Source: Macrostomum lignano (taxonomy: Eukaryota). Taken from it: a DNA stretch of 64,000 nucleotides. A model generated the notes under the pieces. The model saw only the letters and a program-made list of their open reading frames with translations. It was not told the DNA's origin and did not search any database. The position numbers and the translations under genes are program-made. Below, in pieces: positions 51,930 through 62,632 of this stretch. The stretch lies in the NCBI GenBank assembly GCA_002269645.1, contig NIVC01001222.1, positions 1 to 64,000 of the forward strand, written 5' to 3'. The stretch's first letter is position 1; each line of letters starts with the position of its first letter.

Positions 51930-53008
51930 TTGCTACTACTACTCCTACAACTTCTGCAACTACAAATACTACTCCTACTCCTACTCCCGGATACCATGTG
52001 ATGATGAGTCGTACAGGACTCGCACTGAGCTTTGCTCGAACTTGGACTGAGTACGAAAACGGCTTCGGCGATGGAGTGGACATGTGGCTCGGTGAGACCT
52101 ACGAGAGTATTGGTTCAACAGAAACAGTTTTAACCTACGAGTAGCTTATTTTAGTAATAAAAGATAAAAACATTTAAACATTTGTTTTCCTTAAGTCTTT
52201 GTGACGAAATATTTAATAACTTACCATCGACCCTTTAGCAGGGCTGTGACTTTTTTTTATGTTATGATGACTCATATGCCGACTTAAAAGTGAGTAAAAT
52301 TTTAAGTAGCACGAATTCTTCAAATGATGATTCATATTTTTATTACACCTGCCCCAATCGGCAGATGTGCAACCGACAGCTCAGCCGCAGCTATTGCGCG
52401 GCGCATCTGAAGGCTGCGTACGGCTGTTCAGTCCAAGGACTCTAACCATGCACTAGGCTACAACCCCTTGTATATTAATTTACTTGTAACAGTCGCTGTT
52501 TGACTTGTAGACTTGTACTAAAAGAAGACATTTTTAATCGCCACAGCAAGCCTTATGCTTATCCAATCTTGCATCAAAATCACTTGATTCAGGCCTGAAA
52601 AAAATAAATGAGCTGACTGGGAGCACGCCAAAAAAGCTGAGAGTGGAAACTGTGTCCACTGCTGGCGTTTCGTACGTCGATGAGTATTCCGGATTCTCCG
52701 TGGGCGATGCCAGCACCAACTACGCCATGACCTTCGATGCTCATTTGACGGCCAGCTCAAACACAACTGGCGACTCGCTCACCTATCACAAAGGCGCTCA
52801 GTTCTCCACCATGGACAGGGATAACGATCAATCGCCCACTTCTTGTACCTCGCAATACGGCAATGGCGGCTGGTGGTTTAAATCCTGTTTTCGTACTCTT
52901 CCCACGGGAGGAGCCTACACAGCGTCCAACGGGGCGATCGTCGATCCCTTCATTCGCTGGATACACGCTGATGAACTTCAACAGGCTATTCGATTGCTGC
53001 TGATTTAA
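50940..53008 (+). CDS. PAN/apple + Ala/Thr linker + FReD secreted protein, copy E (316 aa)
   Basis: Exons 50940-51009, 51085-51309, 51852-52091 and 52593-53008; GT-AG, phase 1, open frame. Confidence 0.92.
52350..52462 (-). mobile_element. Internally deleted copy of the intron-3 SINE in copy E
   Basis: Keeps both SINE ends but lacks the core and the B box. Confidence 0.7.
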
Positions 53009-54955
53009 AACAATTTCTAGCTTTAATTCTTCACTCTTGAGATCAGAAGTGCGGTTAATGGACATACGTTGTTGGTTCTGTAAGACGTGAAAGCTATATT
53101 CCGACGCAATATTTTTTTGGCTTTGTTATAAAAGCATGAAATCTGTTTTCAACATACATGTAGTTGCCGAATGCCCGAAATCGAAAAAGTCCATTTTTCA
53201 GAGGATTCTTAACCATTCATAATCCTGCCCATTTAAACTTTCTTTCATCAATATTATTAGTGATAAAGTTTTTCGCAACCTCCCCAATAGCTTTTTTGGC
53301 GGTGCACTAGCAATCTAAAAAGTAAATCTGCGGCTGTCAGTCAGTCCAATTCTAACCCTAATTTTATTCTCATCCTATAGGAGACACTTTCTCCACTTAC
53401 GTTTATTGGAAATTATATAATGTCAAATGAAAATCGATACTAGCTAATATGGATCTAGCATTCGCCTGCACTGTATTTAATTTTTAAACCGACGCCAAAT
53501 TTGTCGACTGCCCACAAAGATTTCAACACCAACAAGAACTGTAGTTTAAAGTCTGAAAAAAATAATCTATAATCATTATCAAGCAATAATTTTCACAACT
53601 TTAATTGTGTTTTTTCTTCGATTCGCTAAAACAGCCGCTGAAAAGAGTCTATCTTTGTCTTATCCTTCTCTTAATTTTTTATTCTCTGTACTGTCTAGAA
53701 AGCGATTTTTTAAATAGCAAGATCTTCTGTCGTATCCAACTATAGCTACTAAATTCTAAATCCTAAATATACGTTATCAAAAAAACTCACAATCTAAAAT
53801 ATCAATAGATCGCTATTTCTTTAACGAGCATCCGTTTAATCAAAGCTGAATCCAATCCTAACGTTGTTTTTATTACTTTAATTTTATCATAGTAGCCATT
53901 GTCGTTTAGAGAGAAAAATGCCAAAAATCACTGCTGCACAGAACATGCAACGATCTTTTGTTAAAGTGGACAACCATTTAAAGAGATCAGAGCCTTAACT
54001 GAAATCGTATGAAGTCCACCGTATGAAGTCTGTTAGGGCTAAAAGAGCGTTTCGTTTAGTAGTTTTCTTAGGCTTTGTTCGCGAGGGAAATATTTTAAAA
54101 CTTGATTAGACATTAATTTTTCTTCCGCGGGCAAACTAGTGGGAAAGATACCGGATACTTGTGCATGTACATTTATTACATCATTGGGGCCATGTGCCCA
54201 GGCTCAATGCCAAGCACGCAGTCACAATTAAATTGAAAATAAATTGGAATCTCGGCTTGGCGCTGCTCGTGCAATCAAGGTCCTTGACGGCCAGCCCTAA
54301 GGCACAGTGAAGTGTACATGTACCACACTTGGCTCCCCAACCCTTGAGAGCAATCAACACGCTTTGATTTATTTTGACGTTTAGAGTTTTAAGCCAATAG
54401 CTGTTTTTCGTTTGTATCTGTGTATTTTTGCACCATTACAGAGAACACGCAGACTCAATTCAATAAATGAAAAACCGAGAGGAAACGGTCATTTGATGAG
54501 TTTAACAAATCGAGATCAAATTCAAATGCAATCTTGAAATCGGCAACAAATTATCTTATGCTAGCATTCACTTGTATGATTACCTGATAAAACAGGGTGT
54601 AGAAATATCACGGATTTATGGTAGAGACAGTCCGTTTTTGGCTAAAATGAGACACCGCATAGAGAGACTGCCATTCGGAGATATACTTCGGAGATGTAAT
54701 TGGAAATAGCTGTGCCCAAGATAGGCTCGTAGGCACACGTACAACGAAGCTTCAGTTTACATCCAGAGCATTCAGGTAACTTGCATTCACTCCAGTTCTA
54801 TTGAGACTTTTTTCAAAGGTTAACCTACCAAAGCATATTTATGAGTTTGTAATTTAAAAAAAATGGCGTTAGTGCCTTCTCTGGCTAATACATGAAATCA
54901 GAAGTTTACGAACTCCAACTTGTCCAGTAGTTAAACCGAATTGCTCTGTCAGGAC

Positions 54956-56178
54956 TCAGGTGAGATGATAGACCAGAAAGGAATAACGCAGCATGTCAAA
55001 CTCCGGGCCAAGTACCCAACAGGTGGGCACAAACCAGCACAAATAGGTGCCATAGTACAGAGCGCCAATCGTGACCGGTAGGAGGTATCTACCTGGCAGG
55101 AAATGCTTCCTGCGTTGGTGCAGGCATTCAGCAAATACTCGGTCGCATTCGCAGAAGGCGAACTGGCAACTGGCTTGGTGATTTGAGCAGCTCACCTGCC
55201 TACTGGCTGACAGCCAGCGCCAGTTGTAGGGCGTCTGATAGCCAGTCAGGTGGCTGCAGCGATTGGAATCATGCACGGCATCGAAACATCTGGAGCGGAA
55301 TTGATCAAGTTGAATCAGCCTGCTATAGTGCAAACTGTCTCGTTCTTGCTTGGAGGGAATTGTTATAATGCTGTGATTCTTGGGAAGAATTACTGAAATG
55401 TCAAGGCTTACGGGGGAAGAGTTGATGAAATTTCAAGGCTTTAGGGTTAGGGATAGGGTTAAGATTAGGGTTAGGGTTGGGCTTAAGGGAAATTGCTGAG
55501 ATTTCAAGGCTCACGGATGAATAGCTGAGATGTCAAGACCTACGGGGGAATAGCTGAGATGTCAAGTTGTACAAGGGGAATCGCTGAGGCTATTGCAAGG
55601 AAAAGCTATATATAGTTTATTCAACAATTTTTATTTCATTCTTTTTTGGCTCCCCAACGGGAAGCGCTAATAACTATAATAGGCAGGTAGGGCTTATCGT
55701 AGACACTAAAGAAGTGGCAGTCGACCCGCAGTCAATGAGTCCTTTCCGCTCATCCCTTGCCCATCCAGCATGCACGAAATCAAACTGAGATGCACAATTG
55801 AACACATGAACCGCTGCACCACTTTACTGCCATATAAGTTGTCATATGAGCATAATGGTGATATAGTTTCCATTCTCAGAATTCACGTGTACCGGTACTT
55901 TAAACAATCTCTCCAACGGTTACCGCACTGACGTACTTGTCGTGCGTGTAGCAGCAGTCATCGATGGGATCTAGCACCGGTCCACCACCGCCGTAGCCGC
56001 ACCAGTTAGCGTAGCCGAGTAGCCGCAGCGGCTCGATACCCGTCGTTGCGCGCACCATGTTCCTCAGCGTCACAATGCTGCGCTTCGAGCGCTGACTAAT
56101 AGGCGTTGCTAGGGTCACTTCGGACAGCAGCAGAGTCGTTGACATGACGACTATTGCTAGCAAGAGCCTGTTCGGCAT
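54956..56178 (-). CDS. Secreted phospholipase A2 (group I/II/X-like fold), 191 aa; exons 56178-55937 and 55289-54956
   Basis: Signal peptide, RSKR processing site, Ca-binding loop YANWCGYGG. Splicing (AA|gtacgt...ccag|A) restores DCCYTHDKCF; CECD catalytic Asp is present. Confidence 0.93.
55365..55670. mobile_element. TTAGGG-bearing dispersed repeat in the PLA2 intron
   Basis: Homologous to 19200-20040; degenerate TTAGGG run at 55441-55481. Confidence 0.7.
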
Positions 56179-56379
56179 GTTCTTGGTCTATTCAAGCGAT
56201 GTATCTGTTAGAGAGTTGTGGGCAGTGAGCAACCACTCGAAAGATTCCGTGCTTCCGAGTTTTCTAGCAGGTACTGCACGCATTAATTATCAAATTGTTA
56301 CTTCTCTGCTAGGGAATTTAATAAGAGTTTCTCATTAAGTCATGAAATATAACTTCCTTCTAGGGTTGTAGTAGAGGTT

Positions 56380-57010
56380 GCACTTAAATGCAGGGTCGTG
56401 GGGTTTGTAGGTTCCTGCAAGTTCGTGGCGTTTGCAGGTTCCTGCAGGGTTGCAGAGGTTGTAGGTTCCTGCAGGGTCGTGTGGTTTGTAGGTTTCTGCA
56501 GGGTCGTGGGGGTTGTAGGTTCCGGCAGGGGCATGTAGGTCGTAGGTTCCAGAGGGTCGTGGTGGAGGTTGTAGGTTCCTGCAGGGTCGTGGAGGTTGTA
56601 GGTTCCTGCAGGGTCGTTGTGTTTGTAAGAATTCTTGCAGGGTCGTGTAGGTTGTAGGTTCCTGCAGGTTCGTGTATGTTGTAGGTTCCTGCAGAGTCGT
56701 GGAGGTTGTAGGTTCCTGTAGGGTCGTGGGGTTTGTAGGGATTCCTGCAGGGTCGTGGAGGTTGTACTTGTAGGTTTCTGCAGGGTCGTGGAGGTTGTGG
56801 GTTCCTGCAGGTCGTGGGGTTTGTAGGAATTCTTGCAGGGTCGTGTAGGTTGTATATGTAGGTTCCTGCAGGTTCGTGAAGGTTGTAGGTTCCTGCAGGT
56901 TCGTGAAGGTTGTAGGTTCCTGCAGGTTCGTGAAGGTTGTAGGTTCCTGCAGGTTCGTGAAGGTTGTAGGTTCCTGCAGGTTCGTGAAGGTTGTAGGTTC
57001 CTGCAGGGTC
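56380..57010. repeat. 27-bp minisatellite GGTTGTAGGTTCCTGCAGGTTCGTGAA and degenerate derivatives
   Basis: Perfect units at 56865-57005, degenerate to the left. Confidence 0.92.
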
Positions 57011-58079
57011 GTAGAGGCGCTAGTAGTTTCAGTATAGTTCCAGACAACGAAACGCAAGCAAAGTATTCAGAAAAAGAAACGATCAAGCGCTTACAGAAAT
57101 CCTCTGAATAGAATGCAGCTGAGTTTGCAGTATGAAATCAAGCTGACATGACAAATGCTTAGCTTTTGGCTTTATGAAGTCACGTCAGTCTCTGCTGCCT
57201 TCACAACGCGGGAAGAGCATATAGTGTCCTGCTCTACCGGTAAATCTGCTGTATTGCGTAAGCAAAAATTTACTTGTGAAATACATGTAACTAACGCCTG
57301 CTTTGGTCAGTTTTAAACATGATTCATTTTAAATCAATAGGGACTGCCTACTACATTTATCTGAAAAAAAGCAATGAGATAGTGTCAGCTTTCAGGTGAG
57401 CACAGATAAGATTACCTGCTGAAGTTCGCCGGACAAATTCGTCCTCAAAGAATCCACGCCCCCTCTGTAGGTCAGACGGGCTCTGTAGTTCACATACCAA
57501 TCTCGGTTGGCAAAGCACTAATTCGCAAAATTATACCTGACCCACAATTTAAAACTAGTTAGAATGTACTTCAGAAGTACACTCTGTACTTGTTAAGTTT
57601 GTTTTAAATCGTCATGAAGTCCGTATAACAAAGTAACAAAAAGAGAATAATCTTTTTTGTGCATCAGCTGATAATTTACACTATTTATTAAAATCAGTTT
57701 TCAAGTGTATTATTTTAAACACCCAATCCTGGCATTGTGTTCCACATAACTATTAGAACACGACGTATACAAAGTATGTAATCTATAACAAATATCAGGT
57801 AAAAGATATTGATTGTGGGGTAAAAACAATTCAGTGCGAAAATCAAACTTCGTTTCAAAAAGCTGTTGTAAATTTTTAAGCCTCGAAACCATTGTGAAGA
57901 AAAAGTGCTGAGAAAATTAACATGTACAACTATAGATATAATTTAGTGGATTTATGTGTAATTTGGAAGACATTGTACCATAAAAAAGTAAATAAAATCA
58001 AGGAAGTCATGTTCGCAGTAAAAGACCACGCTGCCAAAAGGCACGGACAAAAGAAATGATCAGCTGTTGAGCTCGCATG

Positions 58080-58250
58080 GACAACAGGAATGGAAAAATG
58101 GGATGGAAGTCCTTGATAGTCATGAACAACAGGAATGGAAGTCCTTGATAGTCAGGGACAACAGGAATGGAAGTCCTTGATAAACATGGACAAATGGGAT
58201 GGAAGTCCTTGATAGTCAGGGATAATAGGAATGGAAGTCCTTAATTGATT
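58080..58250. repeat. ~30-bp tandem repeat ACAACAGGAATGGAAGTCCTTGATAGTC within a local direct duplication (~57910-58140 / 58270-58460)
   Basis: Recurrent GGAATGGAAGTCCTTGATA. Confidence 0.75.
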
Positions 58251-58633
58251 GATTAATTACAGAAAAAGTAGTAAAATGTACAACTGCATAATTTAGTGGA
58301 ATGTTGTGTAGTTGGGAAGACATTTTATAACAAAACAATAAAATTTTGCGATAAAAAGTCAATGAAATCAAGGAAGTCATGTTCATAGCAAAAAGATCAT
58401 AGTAAAAAATCAGCTGTTGAATTCGCATGGACAACAGGAATGGAAGTCCTTGATAGTTAGGGAAGAACGGAAATAAGGGAAATTCCATAAAAGAAGTAAA
58501 AAATGTAATATTTTTTCTGCAAATTAATCGAATAGAACAATTTTACGGTAGGTTCTAATCTAGTCTCAAGGGTAAGTTTAGTCTCGAGAGTTTCGCTTTT
58601 GCTTAAATTGATAATTTACGTCAAAAAGGCTGC

Positions 58634-59617
58634 TCAGCAGTGCTTGGTTATGAGCCACTCCGCCCCGTCAGCCGCTTGCTTGGAGTCGATGGGGTACAGC
58701 AGCAGCAGAGGCCAGTGGTACCAGTCACCCAGCGCCACTCGCATGTTGTCCCACACGCCAAGATTGTAGCGTCTCAGGTTGCAGCCCATCTCGAAAAAGG
58801 TCTGACCTCGCAGCACTAGGACAGTCTCAAGGAAGAAGTAGACACATGTGACGCCAAGGCAGCCAATCTGCAGGTACACGCTGAGCACCAGGACAACGTT
58901 AACCAGGTAGCTGTAGTCACTAAACAGCCTCCACAAGGTGACGGGTAGGAAGAGATTACCAGGTAGTTGGAACTGATCAGTCAGGTTGATTGACGTCAGG
59001 CAGATCCCCATTGACAGGCCGATGGTGCTGTAGACGCACATCACCAGGAAGTGCTTCTGGTTGTGGTGCCCGATGCAGCAGCTGGTGAAGTAGCAGTGAT
59101 GGTCGCGGCGCAGCACGCACTCGCCGCAGATTTTGCAGTGATGCGACCGCGGCGGAGCGTCTCGCTGGCAGTGCGGACAGGCGCGCCAGCCCTCCTGCAT
59201 CCGGGTCGGCTTGGCCGCGGCAGCAGCCGTGACCACCTGATTGGGCTGGTTGCAGTGGAAGCAGTAGACAATGTCTTTGTCATGGTGCCGATTGATGCAG
59301 GCCATGAAGTTCATAAAGTTCTCGGCCATCACAAACAGAATGATGAAGAGGAATCCGGCAAACTCCACAGCGGTCAGGCCCAGCGTCGGCAGGACGAATA
59401 TTATGCAGTAGACTGGTACAGCCAGCAGGCAGAAAAAGAACGAAAATACTCCCATGCGATGCAGGTGGTAAGGTTTTGTAGTGAAATCGCGATTGTTGTA
59501 ATGCTCCTTCCACTGCTCAATCAGTGTTGGCTCCTTGCTTTGATTAGATTCCACAGATTTGTTGTCATTGCCTGCTGGCCGCTTGGTGACTTGGGAGCTT
59601 GTTGAGGACATCTTCAT
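58634..59617 (-). CDS. DHHC-type palmitoyltransferase (most like the ZDHHC22/24 group), intronless, 327 aa
   Basis: CPHC...PPRSHHCKICGECVLRRDHHCYF..CCIG..NQKHF; about four hydrophobic segments; QTFFE in the TTxE position. Confidence 0.93.
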   Translation of the reverse strand: MKMSSTSSQVTKRPAGNDNKSVESNQSKEPTLIEQWKEHYNNRDFTTKPYHLHRMGVFSFFFCLLAVPVYCIIFVLPTLGLTAVEFAGFLFIILFVMAENFMNFMACINRHHDKDIVYCFHCNQPNQVVTAAAAAKPTRMQEGWRACPHCQRDAPPRSHHCKICGECVLRRDHHCYFTSCCIGHHNQKHFLVMCVYSTIGLSMGICLTSINLTDQFQLPGNLFLPVTLWRLFSDYSYLVNVVLVLSVYLQIGCLGVTCVYFFLETVLVLRGQTFFEMGCNLRRYNLGVWDNMRVALGDWYHWPLLLLYPIDSKQAADGAEWLITKHC

Positions 59618-61129
59618 GAAGTGAAAGATAAGTTTGCATAGGTAGGTTTAAACTTGATTTTGAGATAATGTAAAGATGGTAGCAAAATCCATTATGAGAT
59701 ACTCTAGATAAAATTTGGACTAGCTAGTCAAATAATGATAAAAACAATGATATATTCTATTTTTCGCTGATCACCTACTTTACTTAAATGGACTTAAATT
59801 TAACTTAAATTAAATTTATTTGCAATAAGCTAAGTGCTGGATAGATAGCAACATTTGAGGTGTGGGTAAGGATCACATATATCAAATAGTATGTAAAGCT
59901 AAACTGTTGAGAATCGAAGACATTTTGATATTCCTATCAATTGAATAGTCTTTCAACACATGAAAAGGGCGGTGCTATTGACATTTGATAGATTCTTTTG
60001 TATATTTTTCTTGAGGATATCAAATCTACTTTATATCATTATATGTTGAAAATTCATTGATTCATTATTTTCTAAGCGTGGGAATTTTGAGTACAAAATT
60101 TTAAGTGCATTCTTTCTAGACAATTAAAAATGTATTGGTAAAAAGAAAACGCTATCCAAATTGGTAAAATAGTTAAAATTTACAGGGTTGCACACAAACA
60201 GACAGACAAACCTTAGAGGTTTAATAATACATGTTAGAGTTCTTTAATGAAAAATCTCGACTAAACAATGCACGGTCAAAAAATAGTGCACACTAGTTGC
60301 ACTTAGCATAACAAAGTTGAAACCCTCGTTTAGACTTTTCTGAAAGCAAAGCAAAGTATTTGTTTTTTCATTTCAAATGATGCTATTTATTTTAATTAAA
60401 CATGCTTAGGAATTATGTCTTTAACTAATTTCAACTTTTTTAATTTTAAATATCATTTTGCTTATAGGGCGAGGTCCGATCGATGAATTCACGTGCACCA
60501 TGCTTGTTTTGCTTGAGTTTAGTTTACTTTATAAATATAAAAGTGCTTTGCTGCGATCCAAGTATTTTTGGATTGAGGTTAGTAGGGCCTATTCTGTCCT
60601 ACCTCTAGCCAAAAATTGATTGCATTCTAAGTTAAACAAATCTTGTCTTCATTTATCAAAAAATGATAAGTTTAAAATTGGTGTTTGGTGGGGATTCAGT
60701 GAGATTTTGACTCGAGGTAGCACCTTTTTAATTTTTTTCTTAACGTTACCCTCCTGAGTAAGAGACATCCTACCTTTGAAAGTTTTGTTTCTAAGGCCTA
60801 CTACAACTATTTTTGTATAACTTTTGTAGTTGGTAGGCCCTAACTTATAGGGCCTATAAAAAGGACTCAAATTTTTTTAGAAATCCCAAGTTTTTATGAT
60901 ACTGATTTTTAGGCCTAGGCTATGTGTTCTGAGTGCAGCAACATCAAACCTTCTAAAATTGGTCAAGTATTAAAAATTTATAAATATTTTTATGAGAGTG
61001 CCATCAAAATAGCTAGCACTCTTTTCAAATATTCATTTAACTTGAAATTGTGCTATTCAAGGCTATACCTTCTAGTCTAGGTTTTTTGTGCAATAGGCCT
61101 AAGGATGCTATCTCAACTCTCCAAATTGT

Positions 61130-61620
61130 TAGTTTATAGGGCATAGGGGGAATAGCTAAGATGTCAATGCTCATAAGAAAATAACTAAAATGTCAAAACT
61201 AAAGTCAAAAGCTATAGGGTATAGCTATGTAGTTTATTCAAAACTTTTTATTACAATATTTGTTGGCTCTTCATGGGGAGAGGTCACTGATAGAAAAAGC
61301 ATTATGTCAAAATTAAGAGATTCATTTGGGAATTATTATAATATCAAGGCTCGGAGGGAATTGCTTATTGCTATAATGCTATAATGCTATAATTACTCTT
61401 AAGGAGAATTATTGAAATGTCAATGCTTTAAAGTTAAGATAGGGTTAGAAGGTTGACAAGAGATTTTTAAGATTTCAAGGCTTATTGGGGTTATCACTAA
61501 GATGTCAAAGGGGAAGTTGATATATTAAGGCTTATAGGAAGGATTGCTAAGATATCAAGGCTTACAAAGGATTGCTATTTGTTGCAGTAATTGCAGAGAT
61601 GCTATATAGAGTTTATTAAA
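61130..61620. mobile_element. More degenerate copy of the TTAGGG-bearing dispersed repeat
   Basis: Homologous to 18960-20040. Confidence 0.65.
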
Positions 61621-62632
61621 AATAAGGAGTGCTAATTGCCAGTTGTATCTTGAAATTAGACCTTGGATATGATTTTGCATCTTAGTGCTAGCAAAAAAGC
61701 CCAGCCTATGGCCATTTCATAGTGTAGCTATTTTGCATATGGCCAATTTAAGATATATCTAACAAAAAGAGTTACATTTTTGTGATATTTTTAATACTTT
61801 TTGTATGTTAAAAGAAAGGCAAAGGCAAGTTGTCAAATTGACAATCCACATTAAAAATAAAAGAAAAACAAAATTAAAAAAATATAAAAAATAATATAAA
61901 CAAGCCAAATTGTTTATAGTAGGATTAGGAATCAAATCTGTACTACAAACCTATAAGTCATATGTCCGATGTTATTAACTGCTAGACTACAACATTAGTG
62001 AGGCATATAATAAAATATTTCTGATTTTCCAATTTTAATAAAATAGTCTAAAGTTGAATTGGGTAGCCTACCTAATAAAAAAGTGTTGGAGTAACTATTA
62101 AAAATTACATTAAATATTTGCATTAGGTTCACTTTGTTTTTTTTTATAGATTTTTAATGACAACTACATGCCTTCAGTGGTAGGTTTTAACCTTTGTGGC
62201 TAGCTAAACTAGGTAATCCCAGCTCATTCCATATAAGATAGACATATTTGGAAAATAGAAAAAAGTCAATATTTTTGCTTGCCATTGCCTAATTAGCCTA
62301 TTTTTTTACCAAATGTTTATATTGTGCAATATATACAATCTAAGAATAAAGGAATGGTAAAATGTTGGATGAGTATGTTTTTGATTGGCAAAAAGTCATT
62401 TTTGTAAAAATTTGGACATTTTTCAAAGCAAAAGACATCATTAAGATTTCGTACCTTTTAAAAACAAATAGAAAGCTTTTGAAGGTTGAAACAAACTATA
62501 GATAAAAGTATAGTACTTGCATCATCAGATAAAAGCATTGGTGACCAAATAATCTATTATATTTTTAATGTATTAGTTCCTCAAAGTTACTGAATTGACA
62601 GAAAAAATATGTTACAACCATAATGTTACAAC

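Noticed and set aside
56335-57086. Mucin-like LQEPTT ORF upstream of PLA2
   Set aside because: No ATG start or signal peptide. The 27-bp unit has no stop triplet on that strand, so two frames are open by composition, and no convincing splice link to PLA2 was found.
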